Origin: Candidatus Bathyarchaeota archaeon
Lineage (GTDB): Archaea; Thermoproteota; Bathyarchaeia; Bathyarchaeales; Bathycorpusculaceae
Length of the DNA: 64,000 bases
Direction of reading: 5' to 3'
Assembly: GCA_963832745.1 (NCBI GenBank)
Contig: CAWHVC010000004.1
Location: 192,001 to 256,000, forward strand
The notes beneath the pieces are model-generated. The model ran no database searches. It saw nothing but the letters and a program-made list of their open reading frames with translations, and was not told the DNA's origin. Each line of letters starts with the position of its first letter. Position 1 is the first letter of the stretch. Both the position numbers and the translations under genes were made by a program. Positions 46,027 to 57,478 of the stretch are shown piece after piece.

Positions 46027-46623
46027 CTAGCCAGCCTGTTGATTTAATTCAATCAAAATATTGTCACGATTAGAAATGCTGATTTTGCAGACGGCGTTTG
46101 CTGTTCCATCGTCCATGTCTGCGTTAAGCGTGGTATAAGCGCTTCCATTAACAACTAAGGTTTCTCCAGCATTGATTCGATCAATATTGAATGTTCCTTG
46201 CTGTCCAATTTGGGCGCCGCTTTCCTTATCAAAAAAACAGAACTTTGCAGTTAACCCACAGAGGGGCAACACGTCGCTGTTATGGATGGTGACATTTACT
46301 GGATGGCTAACTGTAACACCTCCAAGTGGGTACCAGCCTTTATTCCAATACGCCTGAGTAATCTTAACATTCAGGTGACGTTCAAGAGCAAGCTGGTAAG
46401 TAAACTCGCTTAAATCCTCTTGGTTTAGGGTTTGAAGCTCATTCATTTGGGCTTGCAGAGTGCTGTTTTGGGTGCTTAGTTCAATGTTTTGCGTTTCAAG
46501 CTGGTTTACTTTTGCTTGTAGTTCACCAAATTGGCTGTAAATGGCAATTGAGATTACCGATAAGATGACAATGACTGCGGTTAATATGACGGTTAAGGTT
46601 TTACTTTTCATGTTCAAACCCAT
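46027..46623 (-). CDS. Membrane-anchored coiled-coil hypothetical protein
   Basis: N-terminal TM, heptad Q/L repeats, beta-rich C-terminal domain. Confidence 0.65.
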   Translation of the reverse strand: MGLNMKSKTLTVILTAVIVILSVISIAIYSQFGELQAKVNQLETQNIELSTQNSTLQAQMNELQTLNQEDLSEFTYQLALERHLNVKITQAYWNKGWYPLGGVTVSHPVNVTIHNSDVLPLCGLTAKFCFFDKESGAQIGQQGTFNIDRINAGETLVVNGSAYTTLNADMDDGTANAVCKISISNRDNILIELNQQAG

Positions 46624-47013
46624 TTAACCCTTGGTTTAAGTTACGTTAAATTGTTTTCTGTTCAGTTTCTATTTGATTAATTTGTTGATTTCTATCAGAG
46701 GCACGGGTGCTGTTTACTGCTTTTCACTGCCTGTTCTGCTGATTGTTTTTGATTTACTTGTCTTTTATTGACGCTAGCCGCCTTTTTTTGACGCACTTTG
46801 ACGTGCTCTGCAAACGTTTCGGGTTTAGAATCAAAAAAGCAACCCAAAACAAACCCTACAAAAACACAAAAAATTTTGCTGAAAAAGCAAAGAAAACAAA
46901 AGTAATAAAAAAACCAAAAAATCTCTAGAAGGGTAGCTCCGTATTAGCATTTTTTCTTGCCATTGGTATGTTGGAAAACAGTAAAAAATAAAGTTGAAAG
47001 GGAAAAAAGTCCC

Positions 47014-48201
47014 TTAGTATTTGACGTTGCAGACGTTGGGTACTGCTTTTAGTTGTGCCACAATTTCTGGTGTGGCTTGTTGATGCAAGACATAGACGCT
47101 GATTGCATAGCCAGTGTTGATTTGGCGGCTGTAGTTTGCGCGGATGTTAATGTTGTTATCGCCGAGAACCTTGTCAATGTTTGCAAATACACCTGGGATG
47201 TCTTTGTGGTGGATGAAGAGTGTAAAGACTTGCTTTTCTTCTACTTCGATGCTTTCGCCTGCGTTTACGGCGTTGGTGAAGTCTCCGCCTTGAAGGTATG
47301 CTGATAGGACACGGGCGATTTCGGTTGATGTTGCTACTTGAGCTTCAACAGTTGATGCGCCAAGGTGGCTGCTTAGCACGACGTTGTCAAGTTCTTTGAG
47401 TTTATCATTAAATGCGTCGCCTTCAGCTTTGGGCTCTTCCTTGTAAACATCCGTTGCGTAACCGCCAAGCTTCTTCTCCTTAAGCGCCGTGAACAAAGCA
47501 TCTTGGTCGATGTTATTGCCCCTTGAAGTGTTCACAATAAAAGCTGTCGGCTTCATCATAGCCAATTCTTCTGCCCCAACAATAATGTTTTTGCCGCCCG
47601 TATGAATGCTGACGTAGTCGGCTTTAGCAAGAACCTCTTCTTTTGTCATGAACTTAATACCGCTTTCCTGATTAGGACAAATATCATACCCGACAACTTC
47701 CATGTCAAAACCGCGTTTCGCGATTTGAGCAAGCTTCTGCCCAATCCTACCGCAGCCAATAATGCCCAACGTTTTGTAGGCAAGCTCCCTACCTTCAAGC
47801 TTCTTCTTAATCCAAACACCATTCTTCAATGAATGATGCGCCTGAGGCGTATTACGAGAAATACTAAGCATCAAATCAATCGCCAACTCCGCAACCGCAT
47901 TAGTGCTCCCGTACGGTGCAATCTTTACAACGATACCGTTTTCTGAAGCCGCCGCCGCGTCAATGTTGTCAAAGCCGACTCCTGCACGTCCAATAATTTT
48001 GAGTTTTCCTTTTGCGCCTGCTTCAATAACTTCTCGTGTAACTTTGGTGGCGCTTCTAACTACTAAAGCGTCAAACTGGCCTATTTCAGCGATTAACCCG
48101 TTTAAATCGCGTTTTTTAGTGTCAGTTTCTATGCCAGCTTCTTGGAAGATTTTTATGCCTTCCTTTTCTAATCCATCGTTTAAGAGTACTTTCAACTGCA
48201 A
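47014..48201 (-). CDS. serA: D-3-phosphoglycerate dehydrogenase with ACT domain
   Basis: VVRSATKV, GRAGVGFDNID, GCGRIG, NTSRG, HLGAST.EAQ, HKDIPGV ACT. Confidence 0.9.
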   Translation of the reverse strand: MQLKVLLNDGLEKEGIKIFQEAGIETDTKKRDLNGLIAEIGQFDALVVRSATKVTREVIEAGAKGKLKIIGRAGVGFDNIDAAAASENGIVVKIAPYGSTNAVAELAIDLMLSISRNTPQAHHSLKNGVWIKKKLEGRELAYKTLGIIGCGRIGQKLAQIAKRGFDMEVVGYDICPNQESGIKFMTKEEVLAKADYVSIHTGGKNIIVGAEELAMMKPTAFIVNTSRGNNIDQDALFTALKEKKLGGYATDVYKEEPKAEGDAFNDKLKELDNVVLSSHLGASTVEAQVATSTEIARVLSAYLQGGDFTNAVNAGESIEVEEKQVFTLFIHHKDIPGVFANIDKVLGDNNINIRANYSRQINTGYAISVYVLHQQATPEIVAQLKAVPNVCNVKY

Positions 48202-48278
48202 GAGTCTCCTTTAGAGATTAACAGAAAGTTGATTGTATTTGTTGATTAATAAAGTTCTCCTTAAACAAGAAGACGGTT

Positions 48279-48551
48279 TTATGCTTTCTTTCTAACTTTC
48301 GGCTTACTAACCCTTGTTGAAGCAATATCAAACGTGTTTACTTCATGACAATAAGGACATTTGAGGCGTCGCCTGTTCCCATACCGTAATGAGGTCAAGG
48401 TTGCTCCTGGAATCCAATGGAAATTAAACACTTTCCGACAGTTTGGACAAACCAGCCTTGAAGTATAATGCGGGCCGTACCGTGGCAGCAAAATAAAAAA
48501 GATAAAGAAACCAATCACCACGATGGGCATTAGAACATAAATTAAGTCCAT
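48279..48551 (-). CDS. Small TM + zinc-ribbon protein
   Basis: N-terminal TM, CPNC and CPYC. Confidence 0.7.
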   Translation of the reverse strand: MDLIYVLMPIVVIGFFIFFILLPRYGPHYTSRLVCPNCRKVFNFHWIPGATLTSLRYGNRRRLKCPYCHEVNTFDIASTRVSKPKVRKKA

Positions 48552-48644
48552 GAATTTTCAGCATCAAAAAACATTACTTGACCTAATTAATGTTTAGGAA
48601 AAAAACAAAACTAAAACCTGAAAATAAAGAAAGAAAATTTAGAG

Positions 48645-49979
48645 TCACGCCTTAACATAATTTAGGGCTTCCTCAACGCTTTGGAAGCCAAACTTTACTT
48701 GACTAAACTCCTTCTTAAGCGCCATAACATCAACTTTAACCTGCTCCGGCGTACGCTTACCCTTGATAATATCCAGCATCAAATCACAAAGATGCTTAAT
48801 ATCACCCTCACCCATACCATGACGCGTCACATCCTGGAAGCCAATACGCAAACCAGCAGGGTTCTCTTTATCACTCTGGTCATCGTAAGGCAACAAGTTC
48901 TTGTTAAGAATAATATTCGCATCCTCAAGCTCTTGAGCAATCTTGTTGCCGCCGCCAAAACCTCTAACATCAAGCGCAAGCTGATGCGACTTAGTAAAGC
49001 CTTTATGCTCCGCAACCACTTTAACGCCGTTCTCATACAGGTACTGACCTGCAGTTTGCGCGTTTTTAACGATTTGCGACGCCAACTGTTGACCAAAAAC
49101 CTTCATTTCAAGGCAGGCAATGCCTAACGCAGGTAACCTGCCAAGATGAGTACTTGAAGCAGTTAATGGAAATATGGAATACTGGATTTTTCTAACAGCC
49201 TTCTCTTTTGCCGGCGTATCGGGCACGCCCATGATGACGCCGCCTTGAGGGCCTGGAAAAGTCTTGTGGGTGGATGCTGTGATAAAGTCTGCGCCTTCAC
49301 GAAGTGGATCCTGGAATTGGCCACCTGCAATCAAACCCAGCACGTGGGCTGCGTCGTAAGCTATGTATGCGCCTACTTCGTCACAGACTTCTTTAAGTTC
49401 CTTAATTGGATGTGGAAACAGGAATAGACTGCCGCCAAATGTTACGATGCCCGGTTTAGCGGCGCGGATAACGTAAGCGGATTTTTCTGGATCAATATTA
49501 AACTCGTTAATGTCATAAACATGGTTGATGTTGTCAATGCCCAAGATGCTGCCTGCAAGCCCTGTGTAATCGTGGCTAATGTGTGCGCCGCAGCTAAGTG
49601 GTGTGACAACCATTTTGTTGTTTTTTGAAGCTAAAGATAAGCCTTTGAACGTGGCAGTGTTTGCGTGAGTGCCAGAAATCAAGCGGACATCAGCCCATGT
49701 AGCGCCAAACAAGCTCTTTACTGCGTCAGTTGCATCGTCTTCGATTTGGGACATGTATTTTTGGCCTTGGTAAAAACGTTTCTTTACATGGCCTTCTCGG
49801 TCGTTTTCGCCTTCTGCGTACCGTGTGGCAAGGTCATGTGACATGTCGAGCATTTGGGAAACAGCGGGTGATTTGATGCCTTCGCTGGCGATCATGTTTA
49901 TGCATTCTTTATCGCGGTATTGTTCGTGTTTTTTTGATGCTTCTATTAGGTCATGGACTATGTTTGGCAGGTCTTTCAT
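48645..49979 (-). CDS. glyA: Serine hydroxymethyltransferase
   Basis: NMIASE, RYAEG, GAHISH, YDAAHVLGL, STHKTFPGPQGG (PLP Lys). Confidence 0.95.
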   Translation of the reverse strand: MKDLPNIVHDLIEASKKHEQYRDKECINMIASEGIKSPAVSQMLDMSHDLATRYAEGENDREGHVKKRFYQGQKYMSQIEDDATDAVKSLFGATWADVRLISGTHANTATFKGLSLASKNNKMVVTPLSCGAHISHDYTGLAGSILGIDNINHVYDINEFNIDPEKSAYVIRAAKPGIVTFGGSLFLFPHPIKELKEVCDEVGAYIAYDAAHVLGLIAGGQFQDPLREGADFITASTHKTFPGPQGGVIMGVPDTPAKEKAVRKIQYSIFPLTASSTHLGRLPALGIACLEMKVFGQQLASQIVKNAQTAGQYLYENGVKVVAEHKGFTKSHQLALDVRGFGGGNKIAQELEDANIILNKNLLPYDDQSDKENPAGLRIGFQDVTRHGMGEGDIKHLCDLMLDIIKGKRTPEQVKVDVMALKKEFSQVKFGFQSVEEALNYVKA

Positions 49980-50121
49980 TGTTTGGTTCCCACGCTGATT
50001 ACCCAACGGATTGGGGTTTGCAGTATTTAGCCGTTACTGGCGGGTGTGGTATGTTCAGAGGGTGTGTGGTTGAGGATTTTATTGTTTGGTGAATTTTAAA
50101 ATGTTTTGTTGTGTGAACTTT

Positions 50122-50137
50122 TTTAGGTGCTCCTAAA
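50122..50137. promoter_or_regulatory. DtxR-family operator box 1
   Basis: Palindrome TTTAGG-TGCT-CCTAAA immediately upstream of TATA box TTTATAT (50140-50146). Confidence 0.75.
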
Positions 50138-50163
50138 TGTTTATATGGGTCCAAAACAAGAAG

Positions 50164-50179
50164 TTTAGGTGAACCTAAA
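50164..50179. promoter_or_regulatory. DtxR-family operator box 2
   Basis: Palindrome TTTAGGT-GA-ACCTAAA over the expected transcription start, 42 bp from box 1. Confidence 0.8.
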
Positions 50180-50196
50180 TTAAGGTTGGGGAACAA

Positions 50197-50916
50197 ATGC
50201 AAAAATCAACACAAGACTACCTAAAAGTCGTATATAGCCTATCCAAAAACGGCGACTTAGTAAGCAACACAGACATCTCCCAAAAACTAGACGTTGCCCC
50301 AGCCAGCGTAACAGAAATGCTAAAAAAACTATCTGAAGAAGGCTACGTAAAATATTCGCCCTACCATGGCAGCACCCTAACAGACAAAGGCATACAAGAA
50401 GCCCAAAAAGTAACCCGAAAACACCGACTTCTCGAAAGCTTTCTATCAAACGTGCTACACATAGGCAAAGACAAAGTACACCTCGAAGCCTGCCAAATGG
50501 AACATGCACTGTCTGATGAAGCAGAAGAATCATTGTGCCGTTTTCTGCAGCACCCTGACACTTGCCCAGATGACGGTAAAATCATTCCCGCTTGTGATTT
50601 GCCATTTTCAAGCTGTGAAGAATGTATCCAACTTCACAAAAAGGGTTTAGAACAAGTTGGGCGCCGAGACAAAAACCTTACTTCAATTCGTGATTTAAAG
50701 GATGGTAAGTATGGTAAAATCAGTTTCATTCGGGGAGAACATAAAGTGCTTCAGCGTCTTTTAGATATGGGCCTTACCCCTGGAACACGCATTCGTATTG
50801 TTAAAGTTGCGCCGATGGATGGACCCGTTGAAGTTGCTGTTCGAGGCTCCAAACTGGCTTTAGGCCAAGACATAGCCTGTAACGTGTTCGTGGAAGTAGA
50901 ACCCGTATCAGACTGA
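50197..50916 (+). CDS. DtxR/IdeR-family metal-dependent repressor with C-terminal FeoA domain
   Basis: QDYLK..Y, ASVTEMLKKL, RKHRLLE.FL, EAC.MEH; FeoA RLLDMGLTPG..GPVEVAVRG. Confidence 0.92.
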   Translation: MQKSTQDYLKVVYSLSKNGDLVSNTDISQKLDVAPASVTEMLKKLSEEGYVKYSPYHGSTLTDKGIQEAQKVTRKHRLLESFLSNVLHIGKDKVHLEACQMEHALSDEAEESLCRFLQHPDTCPDDGKIIPACDLPFSSCEECIQLHKKGLEQVGRRDKNLTSIRDLKDGKYGKISFIRGEHKVLQRLLDMGLTPGTRIRIVKVAPMDGPVEVAVRGSKLALGQDIACNVFVEVEPVSD

Positions 50917-50934
50917 AAAGGAGGTCCAAATTAG

Positions 50935-52935
50935 TTGTCATCAAACAAGCAAACTGTTTCTGACAGTAAACAATCTACAGTTAACCAGTCAACATCAACT
51001 ATGGCTGGAAAGCATCTGACTTTTGCACTTGCCGGAAACGCAAACGTAGGTAAAAGCGTAATCTTTAATCAACTTACAGGGTCAAATCAAATAATCGGTA
51101 ACTGGCCAGGGAAAACCGTTGACCGAGCAGAAGGCACATTGAGTTTTGAAGGTTATGAAATAAAAATCATCGATTTGCCTGGCATTTACTCTTTCTCTAC
51201 ATTTTCTATGGAAGAGATTGTTTCACGAGATTACGTGGCTTTGGAGAAGCCGGATGCTGTTATCAACGTAGTTGACGCATCTGTTTTGGAACGTAACTTG
51301 TTTTTCACTTTGCAGCTTCTGGAAATGAATGCACCGCTTGTACTGGTTTTAAACCAGATAGACGTTGCCAAAAACAAAGGTATTCTCATCGATAAAGACA
51401 AACTCTCAAAAACCTTGGGCGTTCCAGTTGTCTTTGCTACGGCTACTCGTGGAGAAGGAATTTATGAAGCGGTTAAAGAGGCAGTAAAAGTCGCTGTAGA
51501 AAAACCCAAACCCGCGCATCTGAACTACCGAAAAGACATTGAAGAACAAATCGAAAAACTTCAACATACAATAGAAAAAGAAAACCTCAACCTGCAGTAT
51601 CCCTCACGTTGGTTAGCCATCAAACTGCTTGAAGGCGACACTGAAATCAACAAACTTGTTGCCGAAAAATCAAAGACAGTTATCCTACAAACGAAACTAG
51701 TAACTGCTGAACTTGAAAAAAGTTGCCACGAAAAATGTTTCTCAGTAATTGCTTCTGAACGGTATGCCCTTGCAAGCTCTATTGTGGCTTCAGCACTGCA
51801 GCAAGATGAAATTTGGCATCCATTTACTGACAAGCTGGACTGGTTCACGACTCACCGAGTTTTTGGGTATGTAACCGCGGTAGGTGTGATTGGTGGGTTG
51901 CTGCTTTGGACCTTCTTTGTAGGCAACTGGTTGTCTGGCTTGATATCGGATGGTTTAAGCATTATTCAGCCTGTAGACCCAGCATTGTCTGCTTCCGCTC
52001 CAATATTGAGCATTATTCTTAACGGGTTCTGGAGTGGATTCAACGCAGGTTTAACGTTGATTATACCTTTCGTTATTCCATTCTATGTGCTATTAGCAAT
52101 GATTGAAGACTCAGGGCTCCTAACCCGCGTTGCCTTTATGATGGACAGCGCAATGCACAAAATCGGTTTACACGGTAAAGCATTAATCCCAATAATTCTT
52201 GGATACGGTTGTAGTGTTCCAGCAATTCACAGCTGCAAAATCATGGAAACCCGACGCGAACGACTCCTTGCAGCCTTTGCCATCACATTTGCTCCCTGTT
52301 CAGCACGCACTATCGTGCTCTTTGGCATGGTAGGCTTATTTGTTGGCATACAATGGGCTCTGCTACTGTACGTTGTTAATCTCGCTATAATCTTTGCTAT
52401 GGGTAAAATAGCTATGAAAGCTGTTCCTGGAAAATCAACCGGGTTAATCATGGAAATGAGCAGTTTCAAACGGCCATCCATGAAAGTGGTTCTAAAACAG
52501 ACGTGGACCCGAACTAAAACAATCATTTACGTTGTCTTCCCAATCTACATCGTTGGCAGCGCTCTTATTCAAGCATTATATGTTTACGACATATTGACGC
52601 CGATAAGTAATGTACTTGCACCCCTAACTGTTCTATGGCTAGGCTTACCTGCATTCGCTGGTGTACTGCTAATACTTGGTACCGTTCGTAAAGAACTCAT
52701 AATCTTGGGTTCAGTAGCAATACTTGGAACAACCAACTTGTTAGTCGGCTTCACTCCAGTACAGTTGGTTGTCATGGCTTTGGTAGCAATGCTTTACATT
52801 CCATGCGTTTCAACGATGGCTATACTTGGCAAAGAATTTGGCTGGAAAGCCGCAGCAGTAATCTCATTGGCAAACATTGTTACTGCATTAATAATTGGAG
52901 GCCTAGCTTACCAGTTATTAACCCTGTTTGTTTAA
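50935..52935 (+). CDS. feoB: Ferrous iron transporter FeoB
   Basis: [43 protein letters not shown]. Confidence 0.95.
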   Translation: MSSNKQTVSDSKQSTVNQSTSTMAGKHLTFALAGNANVGKSVIFNQLTGSNQIIGNWPGKTVDRAEGTLSFEGYEIKIIDLPGIYSFSTFSMEEIVSRDYVALEKPDAVINVVDASVLERNLFFTLQLLEMNAPLVLVLNQIDVAKNKGILIDKDKLSKTLGVPVVFATATRGEGIYEAVKEAVKVAVEKPKPAHLNYRKDIEEQIEKLQHTIEKENLNLQYPSRWLAIKLLEGDTEINKLVAEKSKTVILQTKLVTAELEKSCHEKCFSVIASERYALASSIVASALQQDEIWHPFTDKLDWFTTHRVFGYVTAVGVIGGLLLWTFFVGNWLSGLISDGLSIIQPVDPALSASAPILSIILNGFWSGFNAGLTLIIPFVIPFYVLLAMIEDSGLLTRVAFMMDSAMHKIGLHGKALIPIILGYGCSVPAIHSCKIMETRRERLLAAFAITFAPCSARTIVLFGMVGLFVGIQWALLLYVVNLAIIFAMGKIAMKAVPGKSTGLIMEMSSFKRPSMKVVLKQTWTRTKTIIYVVFPIYIVGSALIQALYVYDILTPISNVLAPLTVLWLGLPAFAGVLLILGTVRKELIILGSVAILGTTNLLVGFTPVQLVVMALVAMLYIPCVSTMAILGKEFGWKAAAVISLANIVTALIIGGLAYQLLTLFV

Positions 52936-53054
52936 AACCGCTGTTGCGCTTTCTCAGTTGGGTTCTTCTCAATCGGCATTTTTCTTTTAGAATGTATGCT
53001 GGATCACTTGAACAGCCTGAAAGCCGTGGAACCTAAACTTCCAATGATTACTTG

Positions 53055-53675
53055 TTACTCATTTTCTTTTTTAGGATTCTTAGGTATAACCCAGTAATCA
53101 ATAATGGAGCCTTTTACCCATTTGCCGCCAATGCTTTTCACCGTATCGTTGATGTCTTCCCATTCGGTTTTTAGAAACTGGATTGGCTTAACTATAACGT
53201 ATTCTCCGTCAACTGCAAAACGAAGTAATTTACGTTGATCCTTCGTGAATTCATCTTCCAAACCGCCTGTATCTTGGTTTGCTTCTGGTTTAGGTCCAAG
53301 CGTTTTTACTCCGGTGCCGATGCTGGCTGAGGCGGACGCTTGAGTTGAAGTAGTTAGAGTTTGGATGAGTGACTTTTGTGGTGATGTGGGTGCTGGCTGG
53401 GCGAGCACTGGTGTTTTTGGGGTTTCAATTGGTGCTGGTATTGGAGTAGGCTGCTGAGTTTGTGTAGCAGTGTCATGGGTTAGTTCTGGAGTCGGCATGT
53501 TTTCAGCAACATCTTCAAAGGTATCGCTTCGCACAACCGCAGTTACTTGCTTGTTAAAAGCGTCATATTTTATGTCTATAAGCTCCAAGTCTGCTGGGAG
53601 GCTGAGTTGAGCTGGTTTGCCTTGGATTGCCCGTATGACCTCTTCAGGGGTGAGCTTTAGAATTCTTTGCTTCAT
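53055..53675 (-). CDS. Hypothetical two-domain protein with Pro/Thr/Gln linker
   Basis: Long ORF; low-complexity central linker. Confidence 0.65.
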   Translation of the reverse strand: MKQRILKLTPEEVIRAIQGKPAQLSLPADLELIDIKYDAFNKQVTAVVRSDTFEDVAENMPTPELTHDTATQTQQPTPIPAPIETPKTPVLAQPAPTSPQKSLIQTLTTSTQASASASIGTGVKTLGPKPEANQDTGGLEDEFTKDQRKLLRFAVDGEYVIVKPIQFLKTEWEDINDTVKSIGGKWVKGSIIDYWVIPKNPKKENE

Positions 53676-53749
53676 TCGCGGTTTACCTGTGACTTGTGTT
53701 TTATGGTTTAGTGCTTAAAAGCATTGTTGAATTATGTCACTCAGCAAGG

Positions 53750-55428
53750 TTAAGTGGATAATAATTCAATCATTTTCTTGTTAACGTCTATTCCTGAAAT
53801 TACTCCGATGAGTTTCCGGTCTTGGTCAATAACGAAAATGTGGTCTTGCTGTTTATCCATCATCACGTGTACCATGTTTGTCAGGTTGGTTTGAGGCTGA
53901 ATGAGTGTGGGTTTGTGCATTACTGTGTCTGAAAGGCTCATTGATTGCCGGTAAACATCAACATACCCTAAATCTTCAAGGTTAACAGCTCCGATAACAT
54001 GGTTCTCTTCGTCAACAACTGGAAACACTCTGAATTTAGTGCCTTCGAACAATTCTAAAGCTTCTTTTACGCTAGCGCCTTTATGTAATACTACTGGATC
54101 TTTTGTCATTACATCTGACGCAAAGGTTGTTTGCAGTTTTTCTGGTGCTATTTTTTCTGCTTTGCTGAAGAACCTTTCAAGAGCAAGTTCTTCTGCTTTT
54201 AGTCTTGTACGCGGTTGCAGTGAATAGAATGAGTATCTGCCTGAAACCACGTAACTAACACTATTGGCTAACAATGCTGGAATGGCAAATAAACCGCCTA
54301 AGGTTTCCATAATGAATGCGATGGGTGTTAGCAGTATTTTGTGTGTTCCCGCCTAAAAGCGCTGCCATGCCTACAGCGATAAACATTACTGGGTAGTTAG
54401 CGTGGAAGACCTGTGCGAATATGCAGCCTATGCCTGCGCCGATAACAATTGAAGGGAAGAACAATCCGCCGTTTCCTCCAAAATTCAACGTTACCGCTGT
54501 TATGACTGTTTTTAACAGGACAACTGCGACTAGTACCGCTAAACTGAATGATGTTGTCTGAATTATTGCGCTAGTAAATGTTAATCCAATCCCGATGGTG
54601 TAAAGCGAAATTGCTCCCAGAGAAGCTAATTAAAAGTGCCGCTGTAGTAATGACCGCTTTAATTCCATATTTTTTCTTGATTTTTAATGCCAGATTTCCT
54701 GTCCAACTGAACAATTTGGTGAAAAAGATTGCGTATAATCCGCAAATTAGGCCTAACAGTAGTGACAGAGCAATTTCAGTCCATGAAATGGTTGCGTTTA
54801 ATGTTAAACCGAAAAGGGGTTCACTGCCAAGAACAGTTATTGAAAGTAGATAAGCTGGAACCGAAGCAACTACTGCTTCAATGAAGGTTTCTCGATCTAA
54901 ATCGTTCTTGTAAGGAATTTCTAAAGCAAAAAGAATGCCTGTTAATGGCGTGCGAAAAGTTGCTGCTAAGCCTGCCGCTGCACCTGCAACAAATAATCGT
55001 CTGCGCAGGTCGGCATGAATGTGAAAACGTTTGGATAATTCTGAGGCAACTCCGCCGCCTGCAAGTAAACTTGGGCCTTCTGGTCCTGCGCTTCCACCTA
55101 AACCTATTGTTAGCATGCCTGCGATGGGTTTAACGATGGTGTCCCTGAGGCTGATTTCGCCGTTTGTTAAATGGTAAGCTTCAAGCACTGAGTGGGTGCC
55201 TGAACCGGTTGTTTTGGTTTTAGCGAAGCGTTTAACGATTACGTACGGTAGTCCGATGGCTAAGAAGGATAATGGAACAATAATGAGTATGGAGTAACCT
55301 AAGGCTTCTTGTGTTAAATTCCAAATCTGCTGGTACAGTAAATAAAAACCAATTGAAACGGACGCCGCAATCAAACCGACTCCTGCCACCAAAAGGTAGT
55401 ACTGGACACCGTCGCTGTATTTACTCAT
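53750..55428 (-). pseudogene. ClC chloride channel/antiporter + CBS pair, split by two +1 frameshifts (about 54617 and 54349)
   Basis: GSGTH, GPEGP, GAAAGLAATFRTP, FALE, GGLFFP, SFY and CBS domains spread over three frames; deleting one G at each site restores a single ORF. Confidence 0.8.
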
Positions 55429-55567
55429 GTGGAGCGCACAAATTACGCTATGTAATATAAGTTTAATGTTTCAAATGTTCAATTCGAAAAGGTGCTTTAA
55501 GCCGTGATGTTTAAATTTTGAAAAAGAAGAAAATTGATAAGTCCATCGGGCTACTAACTTGTGTTAA

Positions 55568-56890
55568 ATGAAGACCAGTAAAACCATAAGCGTTAAGGTT
55601 GCAACTGCAGTAGGGCTAGGTGCTATAATTGGCGCTGGAATATTTGTTCTAAGCGGAACCGCTATTGCTCTTGCTGGTACAGCGGCTCTTATTGCGTTTG
55701 TTATTGTGGGCGTAATTGCTTTGATAGTGGCTTTTGAACTTGGCGAGTTAGGCTCAATTATGCCTTCTGCTCAGGGTGGGTCATACTCTTATGTTTACGA
55801 AGCATTCGGAAGCGAATTGGGTTTCATAACGGGAATAATGCTGTATTTCAGTTACGCTTCATCTATAGCGCCTATTGCGCTTGGTTTTGGCTCTTACCTG
55901 TCTGGTTTACTTGGGCTTTCAACAAGTTTTTATTCAACAGCGTTTGCTATAGGTTTGATTCTTGTTCTTGCTGTCGTTAACATTTTAGGCGTTAGTAAAG
56001 CTGCTAAAGCAGATTTTGTGCTGGTCATCATAAAAATAGGCATATTAATCATCTTCATCATATTTGCACTAATTTTTGCAGTAAACAACGGCTCGGCAAC
56101 TGCTTCACATTTTACGTTTGATTCTAGCTTTTTTAATGTGAACGCAATTTTTGCTTCAAGCGTTGTTATCTTTTTTGCATACTCAGGATTTCAGGCAATA
56201 TCAACAATTACCCAGGACGTTAAAGGGGGTGGTTCAGGCGCTGCTAAAGCAATTGTTTCTTCGGTTCTAATCAGCATGGCACTTTACATTCTTGTAGTGG
56301 TCTCACTGTTGCTAATGGTTCCCGCGAACCTTTTCACCATATCATCCGACCCTTTATCATTCGCGTTACAGGCAGCAGGCGCACCTAACTGGCTATTTAC
56401 TGCAGTTTCAATAGGCGCATTAATAGCGACAACATCAGCGGCTCTCGCAATGATTCTTGGGTCATCCCGAGTCTTACGCCAAATCGGTTCAGACAAACTA
56501 TTGCCTAAATTCGTACGTAAATATGACAAGAAACGTGATGTTGCAGTAAACGGGGTTTTGATTTCTTCAGCTATCGGCGTTGTGATGCTTTTTTCGGGCG
56601 ACATTTACGTTATGGCTTCAATAAGCAATTTTGGTATCCTGTTTTGTTATCTTATGGCAAGCTTTTCTCTTATTCATTTCAGACGCAAGAAAGCTGCCGC
56701 CGACTTTAAGGTTCCACTTTACCCATTAATTCCTGCAATCGGAATTGTGGGTTTGATGGCTTTGTTGGTTGGTATGCCCCGTGAAGCTCTGATTGTCGGC
56801 GTCGCCATGATTCTAGCGTTAATAGCTGTCTATTACCTGCTGGTTGAAGCTGAGTCACGAAAGGTTGAGAAAATAAAACTTTTCAACTAG
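55568..56890 (+). CDS. APC-family amino acid permease
   Basis: GAIIGAGIF, GGSYSYV, FFAYSGFQ; 12 TM. Confidence 0.9.
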   Translation: MKTSKTISVKVATAVGLGAIIGAGIFVLSGTAIALAGTAALIAFVIVGVIALIVAFELGELGSIMPSAQGGSYSYVYEAFGSELGFITGIMLYFSYASSIAPIALGFGSYLSGLLGLSTSFYSTAFAIGLILVLAVVNILGVSKAAKADFVLVIIKIGILIIFIIFALIFAVNNGSATASHFTFDSSFFNVNAIFASSVVIFFAYSGFQAISTITQDVKGGGSGAAKAIVSSVLISMALYILVVVSLLLMVPANLFTISSDPLSFALQAAGAPNWLFTAVSIGALIATTSAALAMILGSSRVLRQIGSDKLLPKFVRKYDKKRDVAVNGVLISSAIGVVMLFSGDIYVMASISNFGILFCYLMASFSLIHFRRKKAAADFKVPLYPLIPAIGIVGLMALLVGMPREALIVGVAMILALIAVYYLLVEAESRKVEKIKLFN

Positions 56891-56908
56891 CCGGGCTTGA
56901 GGTTAGGT

Positions 56909-57322
56909 TTACTTGAATTTACTAAGCGCCTCTTCAAGAATATCAAAACTTTTGATTATCACGTCTGAATGAACTTTAATCCATGGGCTAAGACGCTCCA
57001 TGTCTGAAACGACGATGACTTTTTTGCCTTTACGTTTAGCGTAAAACATTTCCATGCAGGCACCCGCACTAAGTTTAGGCAGGTAAACCACCATTATATC
57101 ACATCGGTCGGCGTCTTCAAGGTCACGTTGCACGAAATCGTAGGTTTCGTAAGTGTTCCACCAGCACTCCTCGTCTCCTTTGTATAGGCATTTTTCCCGT
57201 TTCCAAGGGTCAATGACTTCAAAGCCAAGTTTATGACTGACGGTTGTGATAGTGTTTCGGTAGTGGTCTTGATTGTTTTCCATGCCAAGAATTGGGCCTG
57301 AAATGAATACTTGCTTTTTCAT
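56909..57322 (-). CDS. Nucleoside 2-deoxyribosyltransferase-like protein
   Basis: VFISGPI, IDPW, RDLEDADRCD, SAGACMEMFYA. Confidence 0.8.
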   Translation of the reverse strand: MKKQVFISGPILGMENNQDHYRNTITTVSHKLGFEVIDPWKREKCLYKGDEECWWNTYETYDFVQRDLEDADRCDIMVVYLPKLSAGACMEMFYAKRKGKKVIVVSDMERLSPWIKVHSDVIIKSFDILEEALSKFK

Positions 57323-57478
57323 AGCTTAACGTTCATAGAATTATCGAAACGGTTTAATTTGCATTTGCTAACCTGACGCTGAATTTTGTTAAAATTAGAT
57401 AATTTAAAAAATTTTGATTTGTAAAGATCAATAAAGTAAAAAACGTTCTTAATGTTTTTTTGTTTAGTGATGTCTTTT

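Noticed and set aside
46630-47010. A/T-tract-rich intergenic stretch and 61-aa Lys-rich ORF (46743-46928)
   Set aside because: Low complexity from oligo-A/T tracts typical of terminators and promoters; no periodic repeat, SD or protein motif.
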